NCBI RefSeq assembly: GCF_006345805.1
Contig: NC_043000.1
Span: 154,318,001 to 154,382,000 of the forward strand
Length of the DNA: 64,000 nucleotides
Direction: 5' to 3'
Source of the DNA: Octopus sinensis
Lineage: Eukaryota
Part shown: piece by piece, positions 1-14,684 of the stretch
How positions within the stretch are numbered: the first letter of the stretch is position 1
Layout: each line of letters opens with the position of its first letter
Notes under the pieces: generated by a model
Databases searched by the model: none
Seen by the model: the letters and a program-made list of their open reading frames with translations, nothing else
What the model was told of the DNA's origin: nothing
Position numbers and translations under genes: made by a program

Positions 1-14
1 ATATATTGCTTTAA

Positions 15-234
15 CCCTTTAGTGTTCAGATTATTCTGTCAATTGTGATGTTTGTTTATTTAAAATGGTTTGAATTAATCATGCATTATCTTGTAGTTTA
101 GAGATTTCAGTGATGTGACTTTTTAGTTTTAGAATGACATGGTAGGGCTGAGGTGAGAGACGAGATCTGGTCAGTTTCAATATAAAACAGGTTAAATATT
201 TTGGCCAGATATGGCCGGTTTGAATGCTAAAGGG
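15..234. mobile_element. piggyBac-like MITE (TTAA TSD)
   Basis: TTAA|CCCTTTAG...CTAAAGGG|TTAA. Related copies at 47550-47981, about 24690-24899, about 5500-5622 and about 12280-12425. Confidence 0.75.
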
Positions 235-869
235 TTAATACGACCAAGTGAAAAAAGTATTTTATCAGCAGTAAGTAATGTTAAAACTGAAGTTCACTGA
301 ACTACTTCAAGAGTTGGCATTCTATTTTTCTGGGTTTTTTTTTTTTGTTTTAGGTGGGTTCCTGAGCTTGGTGTAGAATCATCACACACTGTCAAATACT
401 CAGAAAAAGATCTATTTACCATAAGATCAGAAAAGTATTTCAGGAATTTCAACTGCAAAAACCAGAGCAAATTGTTTGTAGTTCAAAATGGTGTGACGCT
501 CCTAAACACATCCATTACATTGGACAGATGCAGTGTTGCCAGGTTAAAAAAAAAAAAAAAAAAAAAAAAAACTATTGTAACAAGGGACACAATTTTTATA
601 GAATTTTACTTCTGTCTAATGAGTCCTTATTACCCACAAGAATTTCATTTTTACTCCACTTGGGTACTTTACCCTAGTTCATCAACCCCTGATCTAAGTA
701 AACTACAGGCAAGACAGGCAGTGAACAAAATAACTTTAAGGATCTTATAGGTTTGGATTCTTGAATTTTCCACCTATAAAATGCACGAAACCGAAAATGT
801 GAATTAGGACATCTATATATAAACTCCCATCACAGCTGTTTCTAGATTCTAATAAAGATACACCTAATA

Positions 870-1257
870 GGCGCAGGAGTGGCTGTGTGGTAAGTAGCTT
901 GCTAACCAACCACATGGTTCTGGGTTCAGTCCCACTGCATGGCATCTTGGGCAAGTGTCTTCTGCTATAGCCCCGGGCCGACCAATGCCTTGTGAGTGGA
1001 TTTGGTAGACGGAAACTGAAAGAAGCCTGATGTATATATATATGTGTGTGAGTGTGTGTTTGTCTCCCTAGCATTGCTTGACAACCGATGCTGGTGTGTT
1101 TACGTCCCCATTACTTAGCGGTTCGGCAAAAGAGACAGATAGAATAAGTACTGGGCTTATAAAGAATAAGTCTCCGGGTCGATTTGCTCGACTAAAGGCG
1201 GTGCCTCAGCATGGCTGCAGTCAAATGACTGAAACAAGTAAAAGAGAGTAAAGAGTA
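870..1257 (+). mobile_element. tRNA-derived SINE, family A (octopus OK/OR-like), full length
   Basis: A box TGGCTGTGTGG, B box GGTTCAGTCCC, internal (TA)n(TG)n, tail ...CAGCATGGC.GCAGTCAAATGACTGAAACAAGTAAAAGAG. Ten or more near-identical copies in the window. Confidence 0.88.
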
Positions 1258-4200
1258 ATGTCCAATATATACACAGGAATTCTAAAGATAAAACAATAGA
1301 AAATGTTTTATTTTAAAAAGCATCATAACTAATAAAGCATAAACACATTCACCAGTTGTTTGTCTGTATATCTCTTTATTAAAAGCAGATGTCTATGTTT
1401 CAGAATATTTCTCATCACATCAGCCTGTAGCTTTTTTCAATTGGTGCATTTTCAAATGCTTGACTTCACTGATTTTATAGTTACATCTCTATAGTAAGAA
1501 TGTGAACTGAAGTTTTACTATTTATTTACTTTGCTTTCTTTTGTTGTCGCTAACATAGAAAAAAAAAATTAGTGTGTGTGTGTGTGTGTGTGTGTGCACA
1601 TTGGTTGACCTTAGTCATTTAGACTTATTTTATCCTACATCATATGACTCCAAGGGTGAGTTGCTACACCATTCCTTTATAGCAAGTGTGTGAGTGGAGT
1701 TTACTTCCTGTATAGCTCCTGTGATTTGCCATAATGATGGGTATTTTGGATGTCTAGAAAGATCTCATTCACACAATATAAAGAATGAGTGATATAATAT
1801 CATCCCATCCCCACCCAACCCACTACTACAATATTGAGTAAGAATATGTCTAAAAACAACTAAGGTCAACCACACATCACACACCCCTTATGTAGGGCAA
1901 CAACAAAAGGAAGCAAAGTTTGAAAATACACACAGGCTGAAAAGGCCACAGGTTGATGTGATAAAAAACATTGAGAAATATAGACAAGCAACAACCATTT
2001 GGAAAAATAAAGGAGGCAAACAATAATTGGTGTATTCCTTATGATTCTGCCTAAATATAACAATACCAGTTTCAACATAGTCTCAGCTCAAAATCCTTGC
2101 AAAACTTGTTCAAAAACAAAAAATAACAGAATGACATCCTAAGACCTATCTACATTATTGTAAAGTAATTTTGTAGATTAGAGCAAATGACAAATCTAGG
2201 GGAGCTTTTAGTTATCAGTGCCTTATCTCTAGTTTTGTGGTATAAAAATTTTAAACTAAATCTCCTTGAATAGACTACATTGTGTATAATTTATCAAGGT
2301 TATCTGGTATGTCTAATAACTATCTGAATTAAGGTAATGCAGAATAAAGGATTCTACTCCAAAATAAGATGTATGCAACGGATTTGAACTCATGACCAAT
2401 AAGCAAGTAGTCCAGTGTGTCTATTCGCTTAATCTGTCAAAAGAAAGAAACGCCTTGACCAATGTCTGAAATTAAGAAGACCTTATTAAAAGCTTTCCAC
2501 ATAATCTATCGATCTTAATGTAGGCAGTCAACAAAAGAAATGTCCAATGCAGCTACAAGAGCCCAATGGTAAAATGTCAAATAGTAATTAATAGTTATAA
2601 GTTCAATCTTGTGCTTTTGTTAAACAAGTTCTATTAAAATGCATAGGAAGCATGTTTCTGATAGAGATTTTTCAATGATGCTGAGTTTCAGATCCTGAGA
2701 TTGACACAGAACACAGTATAACTTAGTAGAGGTTAAAAGATCTGTCTTGTCTCGGTTGGAAATAGATAAAAATGTCATTAAACACTTCATGGACAATCAT
2801 CAGCCTCGGGGAAAATGTGACAAACTCAGTGTTTATGTGAACCGGTTCAATAAGCAACTCCACTAGTAATCTGCATTAATAATGAGAAAGAAAAACCGAT
2901 AATGCAATGTTTGCGATAAGGGACTATAGAGTTAAGTATGAAGCAATATAGTCCATTACACATGTCCGAGTGATGAATATTAATAAGTCAGGATATTAAG
3001 TAACAATACTAAAATGATAAAGAAATACAGAAATATGAATCTGTATAACTTGAAGCCAGACTAACTGATAAACATGGTAACTCTAGAAAAATGAACAGAT
3101 ATCTTGTAAAAATTACCATGTGTATATACACACACACACACACACACAATCAACAAGTTATTGTTAAAATAAATTCATGTCAGCAGAGCTAGAAGGAAAA
3201 GATTAATGACAGATAAAACACTAGATTATAGCATACCAAAAATTCGAATATATTAAGAATCTATAAAACTGGTTGCCTTTTAAAAGATCTCAGCAATATA
3301 TCTAAATTTGGATTTTAAAAAATGTATTGGATATATTCTTGAGTTACAATTTAAATTCTTTCAAAATAAAGCAAAACCTACCATTAAATGCAATTTAGCA
3401 GAAAAAAAAATTATTTGTGATTTTTACAACTTGATCCATAAATTGACAAAAAGCACATCAAGTATAGCACTTTTGACAAGTTTTACAAATTATAAAGAAA
3501 TCAAGATAATTTATTGTACATTTGTACAACACTTGCAAAATAGTTTCCAGTAAAAATTTCATCCACAAATAAAGAGATAATCAAAAAAAGTTCAGCTAAT
3601 TAACATGCCTAAATGAAATCTCAAGTTCTGTATGTGCCAATGAGCATGTTTTTTATACTAAACCATCTTTTGGAACCATCAATTCAATATCTAATTACAT
3701 GTGCAAATTAGCTAATTATATATTTACATCTAAAATAATGCAAATTTGATACAATAACCTTATTTTCAATTGGGTTCTAGTCCTCAATAAATCTATGTTT
3801 TACTATACATGAATTATATTGTATTTGGAAATTACTATTTAAATAAATTAATAAAGCTAATATATTTTGGCAATTTCTTTCTGTGCCAAATGCACCAGTA
3901 TAAAATCTGGACATCGTAGATTACAAACAATTGTCTTTTTCTTTTTTTTTTAATCTGGTCAAAAGCAAAAAAGCAATTCATTAAAAAAACTGTCAGATGG
4001 TTCAAGTAATTGTAACTTGATTGAGGCTATTTTTGAAAGTTGGACATCTGGCAATAAGTACAAAGGACAGGGCTGTTACGTGTGTAAATGACATACAGAT
4101 CTGCTGAGTGTAGTATTCAAGAATATTTGTGTGTGAGTTTCTTGTATGTAGGTGTGCTATGGCTAGTATTAATGAACAAAAAACTGATCCTAATAAAAAC

Positions 4201-5143
4201 ACTGTAATTATCAATGTAAATAATTGCTTGCAGAGAAACTCCATACCGACAGACTCATACACATGACGAGGGCTTATCTACTGGCAGAAACAACAATGTT
4301 ATGTTATTAAGAATAATTAACTCAAGTACTGCAAATTGGTTAATTAGTTTGTTGAGAGAGAAAGAGGGGAGGGTGGGGGAGACATCTATTATGCTAGGTC
4401 TGTCTGATTAGTGCATTGATCTGGGGATAATCAATGGTGCCTCCAATTTACTGAAGTTGGTATGTGAAGAATTTTAATGGTTAATTGGTAACAGGGGTTT
4501 AACCAAGAGTAATTAATAGGATAATGAGGCAAGAAAAACAGTAACCAGTGACAACATTTTGGACAACTGAGAGGGTAGTAGCATTTCGTCACTTATTTAA
4601 AACATTAATGTGAATTAAAAAGCAAACTGTTCCACTGGAATAGTTACTAAGATAGTCTTCAACATTCATGTAAAATAGTAAAGACTAATTTATAAGTGTA
4701 AGAATCTTATATTTTACTAAGTACTTATAAAAACTAAGCATTCAAGAGGGATAAAATTTGAACAAGGTAATGAATTTTATAAATACTATTACACAGTTAT
4801 AGTGTCTTAAAAGTGTAGCTGATCACCTCCAATACTATGAAAAATGAAACAGATAAAAGTAAAATTTTATCAAGCTGAAATCACAAGAAGTTTCATTTCT
4901 TGGTCAGTGAAAGTTCAGCTCTACTGCTAATACTTACAAACATAAAACACTACACCCTACCTGCACTAACCCTTTAACATTCTTGGGTAGTTGGTGTTAG
5001 GAAGCTCATCAAGCCATAAAACCTATGCCAAAACAGACACAGATGCATGGTGCAGTTTTCTGCCTGGCCAGCCCCTGTCAAACTGTCCAACCCATGCCAG
5101 CAAAGGAGGATGTTAAGCGATGATGGTAAGGAGGTAATCTTCA

Positions 5144-5500
5144 TTACCTCTGCCTTAGTGAAGGTCGAAGTATTGTTTTCAGTCGCGTCTGTCTGTTCAT
5201 GGACAAGATATCTCAAGAACCACTGGATGGATGCAGATGAAACTTTCAGGGATGTTGGGCTTTGTGACTGGCATAAACTGATCAGATTTCAGGATCGATC
5301 CAGTACCAGAAAAAGAATCTGGATTATTTTTCCTGTTTTTTAACTTAATTTTTGAGAGCAATCGGGTTCACTTTAAGTATTCTCATTTGTGAGAGCAGTC
5401 AAGTTTATTTCAGATATTCTCATTTTAAAAATCATCTCTGGCTAATCCTTGAGAAGGCAGTGTTGCCTTGGTGGAGGTTTGCACTCTGAGTGCTCTTGTT
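5144..5500 (+). mobile_element. Helentron-associated (HINE/DINE-1-like) non-autonomous element
   Basis: Subterminal inverted repeat TTACCTCTGCC / CTTGGTGGAGGT, followed by a short GCACTC-T-GAGTGC hairpin and a T-rich end. Confidence 0.55.
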
Positions 5501-6739
5501 CATATTGTTTTGAATTAATCAAAATTATCTTGTAGCTTTGAGATTTCAATGATGTGACTATTTTTAAAATGACATTGTGAGATAAGTGAGAGACTGGATC
5601 TGGCCAAACATATAAAGGGTTAAAATATTTTAACTTTTGTCCATTACAGTAAACAGGAAATTACTTTCATTTCTATATCATTTATCAGAAAGCAAATTTG
5701 AAAAATATTTCAAGTAGTTGAAATGATACTGTTATGAAGAAAGATTATCTTTTTAATTTCCAAGAAATATTTTTACAATCTTTAAGAAAATGGTATTTGT
5801 TAATGCTATTCTTGAAATCGCTTTGCTCAAATGTTGCCCATTTTGAAATTCAATATTTATTTTTGTTATAAATTAGTGAAATAATTGTTAATTACTGACT
5901 CATTCTCTTTTAAATTGAAATATCAAATGAACTGTAAAAGTCAAACCACTTTGTTCTTTTTTTCCATTAAAAAAGTCAATTTTTCTTTTTTCTTTACACA
6001 TTTACTAATGTCATTGGAATGGCAAGTTATTTGAAGACATTATCGGGATTTGAAAACTTATGGTATCACCTGACAGCTAATTTATCAATTTTACTGTTAA
6101 ACATTCAAAGAAAAACAAAACCAACATTTCCTAAGAAAGAAAATAGGATATCTTCCAGACAACATTAATATATCCACAGGTGTGTATGTGTGTGTGTATC
6201 ATTATTTTCCATTGTCTACTTTTCAATGCTTGCATGGGCTGGATGGAATTTGTAGAAAAGGGATATCTAACAATAATAAATCCCATGTCAACATGGGAAA
6301 AAGATTTTTACAATCACCATTTTATGTCTGCTATCCATGTTGGTATGGATTGCTGAAAAACCGATAACAGTTGTCTCAGTGCAATTTTTATCTGTAGGTA
6401 TTACTCTCCTAAAGATGCCAGAGATCCAGTCTTGATCATACCGTTTTTGGTATGGTTTCTATAGATGGATGCATTTCCAAATATCAACCACTTTACAAAG
6501 CATACAGCATGGATTTTAGCACAGTTCCCCCACTAAAGTTATCTTGTCCTTAGCAAGACGAAAGGTCCTCTCTATGTTGCTTCCATTCACATACCCGAAT
6601 AAATAGATGGGATGGAATGTCTCCTGGACCAAGACTGGCTTGAGCCTAAACCACAACACTAGAGGAGTATAATGCAATTGCAGTCTGATGTTCTGAAGTG
6701 GCTTATATTCATATATATATATATATCAGTTTCAAATTT

Positions 6740-6900
6740 TGGCACAAGGCCAGCAATAAATTGACCCCAGTACTCAACTGCTACTTATTGACCCCAAAAG
6801 GATGAAAAGCAAAGTCGACCTCGGAGGAATTTGAACTCATAAACTAGACATGCAAAGCATTTTGCCTAGCATGCCAATGATTCTGCCAGCTCACCGCCTT
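6740..6900 (-). mobile_element. Nin-domain SINE (family B), degenerate
   Basis: The minus strand contains GAGTTCAAATTCC...GAGGTCGACTTTGCTTTTCATCCTTTTGGGGTCAATAA, similar to the 29.3-kb copy. Confidence 0.7.
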
Positions 6901-6939
6901 ATATATCAATCTAAAATTATATAATATTTTCAAACTTAC

Positions 6940-7173
6940 CACATTTTTTACATATTTGGAGAACAGCTCCAAAAACATTACAAGAAAAATCCACAGGAAG
7001 CTCAATGATGCTCAAGTTTGGCAGCTGAATCTGAAGCGGTTTGTGCATGGGAGTAAACTCCAGTTTCGCATCAGCTTGAACTTCATACTGATCCAATGTG
7101 GATCGAGTACGATTAAGCCATTTGTTCCGTGCCGGCCACCATATTCCATGATCAGACCAATCTAATGCAATAT
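6940..7173 (-). CDS. FERMT2: Kindlin/fermitin, second coding exon (end of F0, start of F1)
   Basis: Polypyrimidine tract plus CAG acceptor at 7174-7176 and donor G|GTAAGT at 6940/6939. 234 nt, phase 1-1. Splicing gives ...[57 protein letters not shown]...ICKKCG, matching kindlin DWSDH.LWW...TLD.Y...ADA.L.FTP.HK. Confidence 0.94.
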
Positions 7174-7479
7174 CTGAAAAAAGGAAAAAGAAAAACAAAA
7201 TTCAAGTTTAAAAATTACAACTGAGCAATAATAGTTTGAAATACATGATCAATAAATGTTACAAGAAAACTTCCTTCAAGAACTCCAGGTATATGGTGCC
7301 TAGGCAATACCAAGTATTGCACCATCATTATCATCACTTAAAGCCCGTTTTCTATGCTGGCATAGGTTGGAATGTTTGACAGGAGTTGACCGGCTGAAGG
7401 GCTAGTCAGGCTCCCTATCTGTTTTAGCATGGTTTCTACAGCTCCTAATGCCAGCCACCTAACAACAAATTGGTAAATA

Positions 7480-7787
7480 GGTGTGGCTGTATGGTAAGAA
7501 GCTTGCTTCCCAACCACACAGTTCTAGGTTCAGTCCCACTGTATGGCACCTTTGGGCAAGTGCCTTCTACTGTAGCCTCAAGCTGACCAAAGCCTTGTAA
7601 GTGTATATGGTAGACGGAAGCTGAAAGAAACTCGTGTCTGTGTTTGTCCACTGCTTGACAAAGTGTTGGTGTGCTCATGACCTCATAACTTAGTTTGGCA
7701 AAAGAGACCAATAGATTAAGTACTAGGCTTTAAAAATAGGTCCTGAGGTCAATTTTGACTAAAACCATTCAAGGTGGTGCTCCAGTA
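7480..7787 (+). mobile_element. SINE family A, older diverged copy
   Basis: Same head, body and tail as 870-1257 with many CpG>TpG changes. Confidence 0.75.
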
Positions 7788-10744
7788 AAATAAACCCACA
7801 AGATCAGCAAATCCTTGATTAAACAATGGTTTAAAATACTATTTTCAAAATGTTTTTAAAAATCTGTTTTAAACCCGGTTTGCATCACAAAATTATTCTT
7901 TAACTAGACTACCCATGACCCGTTGGGTCACTGACCGTTCAGGTTATAAAACATTGAAACTGATTTCAACATTGCATTGAAAGAAAAGTTAATTTTATGA
8001 TGATTCAGTTAAATATTTCAATTCATAGATCTGGTTTAGGAGTTCATGTTTAAGGTTTTGATTATTTACAGCATCTAATAGAAATAGAACTTCCAGGATA
8101 AACTTGAACTCCAGTAAGAACATTTATGGCATATGTGCACACTTACAAAAATGCAGAAGGAATTGTTATATAATGTAAACAATTTTCAGTATTATGCACC
8201 ATTTTGGCTATTTATGAAGGTACTCAAAAAAGACACGTATCTCGGGAATCCATGATCCAGGTTATGCAAAAATTGTTTTATTCCATTTGTATTCACATTT
8301 CAGAGGTACCTTACTTTCAGAGTATTGTCCTATTATGCACTGGTTTGGCTATATCAAATTATAGACAAGCAAGTACACAAGCAAGCAATCACAGAGTTTT
8401 AGTAGGATTATAGGTAATAAAATTACTTCGTTAAATGTGAAAAAATAAAAACCATTATCTAACTTTATTTTTACAGAACAGTCAAGATACTACAGGAATA
8501 TGGAAGGCCTTCACCAAAATTAGTCAGAATTTGTAAGTGTACTAGAAAATTAGCTTGTTTATAAAAGTTAGTTTATAAAGGCTTGCAGCATTAAAAGAAT
8601 AGGTAGAATGAAGTCTAATTAAACAAGATACTACCAAATAAACAATCTAGGCAGACAATTAGTCATTCATGGATAATAAAAGCACTGTTTTAATAGTTTG
8701 TAAGTTACAATCCAAACTTAGTCATTGTCAGGGAAGGACTTGGAGTAAGAATGAAAGAAAAATGTCCAGCTTTTTACTACAGCCAACAGTGAAAGTAAAC
8801 AATTTTCTGGTATAGAAAATGAATTATTGTAAGAATTTGTATACAGAATAAACAAGTTTCTAAAAACATTCTCCAAACATGATATTTTTTTCTATCTCTC
8901 TCTCACACACACACATACACAGACACGCTAGTAGGGTTTCCTTGTAATCTGAATTAGTCAGACGGTTTTGTTTTGAACTGACAATATAGTAAAGTAGGAG
9001 TTTGCAGAACAGTCACGTAAAATCTGACACAAATTGTGCCTGAATGTGTATGTAAATGGCTGATACAAGATTTCTGCTGTTAAAATTTCACCACCGACAA
9101 CCTATACAAACCTAAATATGCAGAGTGAGGAAAATATAAACAAAATGAAAGCAAAATTAAATAATAACAGCATTGAAAATGCACATGATAAATGTGACCT
9201 GACAGTTGGCTATTGTTCTGGCTTATTCCATTATTGCCATTATTATCTTTGGTCTGAAAAATTATCTTCTGATATTTGAATTTACTAACAACAACTTGAA
9301 TACCAACTCAGAAATATTTATACTTCAATGCAGAGCTAGACAGAAAAGATTATGTTCCCATGGACAGAAGTAGTTAATATGAAAATTTAGGAAGACCGCA
9401 GCCATGAAGTATTAAATAAAATGAACTAGACATCTTTGTATTAGATTTTTCTCTCTTTTTATGCTATGTCAAGCTTACAGAAAACTATTACATTTAAAAG
9501 AAAAGTTTAGTACATTGTATTTCTCTCTCTTCCATATTTTCTAATGGTAGCATGGCAGAAGGTAGAATTATCTAGGGAAGGATTTTACAGTCAAATGCTT
9601 TTCCCGTTGTGAATCATTAATCTTTAACCATTTTGTAAGGCATTTTAATCTTTGAAAGTGCACAACAACTAGTCATGTGAATAAGGAATGCCAACATTAT
9701 CACCATATTGTTGAAGCGATTGACAAACAGAATATCAACACAATGCACATTTGGCAAAATACAAGCATAAACACACTCAGAGGAGTCCTGCTGTTTACCA
9801 AATTCATTCACAATACATTGGCTGGCCACCTGTGGTTCCACATAGTGACAATGAGACTGAAACCACATAGTTGCAAAGCAAACTTCTGTAGAACACAGCC
9901 AACGGGAGATCAAGAAGTGGGGTAGCTAAATTCATAAGTGTGAAAGAAGAGTAACAGAATGGAGATGGAGTAGAATGAAAATACTGAATGGAACAGGTGT
10001 GGGGGTGTGGTCAGTGATATCGGGGTGGGGGTGGGAGTGAAAAGAAACAAGAGACTTAAGGAGGAGGAGGTAATAAGTGGCAGTAGGAGGTAATAAGTGG
10101 CAGTACAAGAAGTGTGGAGAGCAGCTGTATAATTAAACTGGATATCTATCAGAAAATAGAGGAATGACATGCATGGTAAGATATACAATGTCAGAGATGG
10201 CTATCAGGTGTATATAGGGGTGGCCATGATGGGTGCAAGACAAAGGTAAGGAGGAAGCTATTGCTGACTTATGATGACTTAGCAATCCTAAGGTGTAACT
10301 CAGAGTTAACCTGGGAAAGACTTGAATTCAGAACACAAAGCAAGATAACCCTTTTACCATGCTCGTGTAGCTTAACTGGGAATTGGTTTTATAACCAAGT
10401 ATTGTTCCTATCACCAATAATTTTTTTGGTTTCCAAAGGACATTTCACAGACCTTCAAAAACACAGAACAACTGATCATAATATAAACAAGACAATCATT
10501 TCCGTCAGTGTCAAGATTCATGCACACCTGTCTACCAAATACACTTACAAAGCAAGTTTGCTCCAAATGCCAGGTAGTAGAACTGAACCCAAAACCCTAT
10601 GGTTGTGAAGCAAACTTCTTAACCACACAGCCACAACTGTGCCCATTACTGAGTTCATACATCAACATCAAGTCACCAATTCCACAGGAAGGGCATAATC
10701 ATTAAAACCATGCTCAATTCAGGATATATATAAGACAAAGATGG

Positions 10745-10960
10745 TTCCTGAGTCATGTGGACTCATAGGGTCCATTTCCCAGTTTGTGGTGTATATATTC
10801 CCCACCTGGACAGGAGAGTCCATTGAAGGATTACTCACTTTTGCCAGCTGAGTGAATTGGAGCAACATGAAATGAAGTGTTTTGCTCAAGAACGCAACAC
10901 ATCACCTGGTCAAGGAATAAAAGCCATAATCCTATGATTACGAGTCCAACACCCTAAGTT
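10745..10960 (-). mobile_element. tRNA-derived SINE family D (Meta/V-domain-like core), degenerate
   Basis: Minus strand ...GTGTTGCGTTCTTGAGCAAAACACTTCATTTCATGTTGCTCCA...CTCAGCTGGCAAAA...CCTGTCCAGGTGGGGAA. Similar copy at about 35430-35680. Confidence 0.55.
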
Positions 10961-11545
10961 ATGCTTGGGGACTTTTTTTTTTTCAGTGAGCTGAAAACCA
11001 GAGTTATCCACTGGCAGAATTCAAACCCAGAACAAAATGGCAGCTAAATATTGCAAAGTATTTTGTGCAACAATTTACCATATTTTAGCAATAACCGAAT
11101 ACATCAAAATATCACACCATTAAATAAAATTTAGAACCACATAAAAATTTATATTAATACTAAACATTCTTCCCAAAGTCAGAAAGCAATAAATCACAAT
11201 AGCTACAAATATATCTGTGTATGAAACAAGAGTTAAATCATTTCATTGAAAAGTATTCTGTTTATGAGGTTTCCTGCAAGATATTATTTCAAGCCAATAA
11301 TGGTCTGCTGCCAAATAGACCATAACAGGAGAATTAACTCTACAACATGGGAAAAAAAAAAGTGTCCAGTTGAAACAATGTTAGCATAGACAAACAGTTT
11401 AGATATTGTGCTGCAACATCATGAGAGCAAACTCTGAGAACCAGTTTTGGTTTTTGTTATATTTCTTTTTTCAATGTCTGTTTCCAATAGATTTTACAAA
11501 AGTTCGAAATTATCAGCAAAATAACATGCAGGCAACTTTTATATA

Positions 11546-11892
11546 TCATCATCATCATTGTTTAGCATCCGCTTTCCATGCTGGCATGGGTTGGACGGTG
11601 CAACTGGGGTCTGGGAAGCCAGAAGGCTGCACCAGGCCAAGTCTGATCTGGCAGTGCTTCTACGGCTGGATGCCCTTCCTAACGCCAACCACTCCGTGAG
11701 TGTAGTGGGTGCTTTTTACGTGCCACCTGCACAGGTGCCAGACAAGTCTGGCAAACGGCTACGATCGGATGGTGCTTTTTACGTGCCACCAGCACGGAGG
11801 CCAGGCGAGGCTGGCAACGGCCATGATCGGATGGTGCTTTTTACGTGCCACCGGCACGGAAACCAGTCAGGGCGGCACTGGCAACGGCCACG
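11546..11892 (-). mobile_element. (GAT)n-tailed retroposon family E with internal ~60-bp tandem modules
   Basis: (CAT)n at the + strand start, conserved core CTGGATGCCCTTCCTAACGCCAACCACTCC, three GTGCTTTTTACGTGCCACC modules. Copies at 21883, 40741, 51438 and 53140. Confidence 0.75.
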
Positions 11893-14338
11893 TTATATAT
11901 ATATAAAAGGAGGGTGAGTAAGAGAAGAAAGGTACAGGGGCAGAGAAAAAAAAGGAGAACAAGAGATAGAGGAGAGTGAGAGATAAGATGGAACCTGGTA
12001 TTTTTCAACCAAAAATAATTCATAATTTCTATGACAATCTTATAAGTTATGAGATTTTGTAAATATTTTTTTAGCAATTGTGTGTTTCTTAAATGGCTTA
12101 TAAACACGTTCCACACTGCAATTGTTTTCGTTCCAGCACACGATCTCAGATCAAGTCACTTGCTATGCAAGTACATCTCCGTAATTTTTTAACAATGTTA
12201 GGCTGAAATGATCTCGATATATTTCTTAGCCTGAAACTCATACATTACAGCACTTTTTTTCTTCTTTAAGTTTTTAAACATTTAAACCAGGTAAACCCAG
12301 CCTAAATTCACACCTTCCTACAATGACATTCTAAAATTAATATTGAAGCTGCAAAACAATGCAGGTTAAATTTAAAACAATGTAAAATACACATTACTTT
12401 TCACAGAGTAATCTGAAAAGTTAAATAATGGATCACCGTAAACTTAAGATACAATCTTCATGGAAGTATATCTCATTTAATATCTGGCATGAGTTGGACA
12501 GCTTGACAAACTGATAAGGCCAGGGGCCACATCGGGTTCTATCGGCTGTGTTGATTTGGTTTCTATGGCTGGATGCCCTTCTTAATGCTAACAACTTTAC
12601 AGTATGTGCTGGGTGCTTTTTATGTGGCATCAATTTTTTTTTTTTTAAATGGTACCAACACTTTTTTTTAGGATCTCATTCCTGTTGTGGTGGGTGTGTC
12701 TTCTCAAGCACAGCAATGCACCACACACATTTTTCCATGTATTTAAGCCTGATGTCAGTGGTCAATCTTATCCGATATGGTCTAATATCTTTCGGTCAGC
12801 ACTCTTTACCAAATAGAAAATCTGCTAGAAACAATCACCAGATCTACAAATCACACCATACTTTGGAAGGGAATGTGACACTAGATAAGGAAAAAAAATG
12901 GCCATAGCAGAACATAAGCCTGCTCAATCAGGATTGAGTGGAGGTTAAACAACAAAAATAGCCACTTATTCCCAGCACATCTATGTCAACATAACTTTTT
13001 ACTCCTGCAAGATTAAGTTTCAATTACTTATGCTACTCCTTTGTAGTTGCCCTTTTGTGAAATACCTAAATTACTATATTGAAATCACTTATCTTTAGTA
13101 TTTCCTGCACATACTTTCCTTATTACTTCATATAGGTTTCCTCTCTTTGATCGCAAATTTTGTTGGCAACAAAACCTTTCCTTAACTTCTCAATTTGAGA
13201 TTTAGTTATTATACTTCCATTAACTTCCTCTCACCCAAAATAAATATTTCAATAGCAGAATTCTCCTAGAACCCAGATTTGTCCTATCACCTCATAGCTA
13301 CTCTAGAGCATTTTAAGTTTTGGTTCCTAGTCAATCTGCCAAGAAGCTCTGATTACACTAAGTTCCTGAAGATAAAGATTACTTCCTGATGCTTCTGAGG
13401 TTCATGCTATCAACTACCAATGTATTAGTTTATATTCTCATACAAATGAAGCCAACTGGGTTCCAAGCATCTAAAAGTTCTTCATATACCAATCGCCTGG
13501 TTCTCATTGCAGAAGCTCAGACATTCTCAGTGGGATCTAATTTTAAAATACTTCTCTAATTACTCCGATGGATACAGACACAGCTGAAGTAACTGAATTA
13601 CATAATTGATTCTGAGACTTTACTTTTGCTGCAATCACACACTGTGCCCCACAAATTACTACCATAAACCATTTATATGTCTTATCTAAGGAAGAAATTA
13701 TGTTACAAGAGATTTCAATAAAACTATATTTAGAGAAAGATTATGGAAAACTGCACTAATAATACACTATGTTGAGCACTTATTTTGATACATACTTTTT
13801 TTTCCATGCTTGTAAAGGTCAGAATTCATCGAGGCAGATTTTCTTTGGCCAGATGCCCTTCATATTGCCAACTCTCACTGGTTTCCAAGCAAGGTAATAT
13901 TTTTCTATGACTGGACAGGTTTTCACAAAGTTGGAAATGTATGATATTGCCTATATGATGGTGTCACTCATTTACAGCTATTAAGTGATGTCAATCAATA
14001 TAAGGGAGCATGCACATGTGCACACACAAAAAGGGCTTTTTACAGTTTACCAAATCCAATAATAAGGCTTTGGTGAACCTAAGGATATAGGGGAGAACAC
14101 AGTGAGACTAAACTCAAAACAGCACTGTTGGAAAGCTAACATCTTAACCTCACAGCCATAAAATATTCTAAAACCAAAGCACACAAGCTGACAAATACAC
14201 AAAACGGTTCAATCTTAAGAAGCTGCTCTAAAATGTTTATCATCTTCTGGGTAAATAAATTGGTCACAATGAGCTGACGAACTGAATATTCATTATGAGT
14301 ATACATTATAGAAGAACATGGCAGTAGTAGGATTCATA

Positions 14339-14590
14339 AAAGAAGTTCCACTTCCCAGCTGGCGCAAATGCATGGGCGGACAGTTGAAGACCTGGGCAAT
14401 GACGATAAAGGAGGACCTCTCCGAACTATCAGGTCCGCAGGTGGTTGGTCTGCGCAGATGGAAACGCGAATGGCTCATTATCTCCAGTGACCTCACACAG
14501 GATCGTCGAGCGTGGGCCACCATGGTTCGTGATGTCGTTAGGACCAGAGAAGAAGCCGACTCAACCCACCCTGGGTGAACACCATCACAC
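14339..14590 (+). mobile_element. RTE-clade LINE 3' fragment (ORF C-terminus)
   Basis: WRK..GGQLKTW..TIKEDL...DLTQDRRAW..MVRDVV is typical of the RTE ORF C-terminus; it ends in a CA-rich tail. Confidence 0.75.
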
Positions 14591-14652
14591 ACCCACAATC
14601 ACACCCCCACACACAATCACCTCCCCCCACACACACACCCACATACACAATA

Positions 14653-14684
<32 letters not shown>

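Noticed and set aside
2700-2900. Good-looking minus-strand acceptor (TTTTTCTTTCTCATTATTAATGCAG, 2871) as kindlin exon 3
   Set aside because: In the required phase it reads D-Y-stop, not the expected IR.PEELS motif. It could only be a poison exon and has no support.
7900-7945. Helitron-like 3' end (CTAG plus TGACCC-GTT-GGGTCA hairpin)
   Set aside because: No clear matching 5' end or second copy in the window.
11705-11892. CRISPR-like repeat-spacer appearance in family E
   Set aside because: The context is eukaryotic, the spacers are homologous to each other and shared between dispersed copies, and there are no cas genes.
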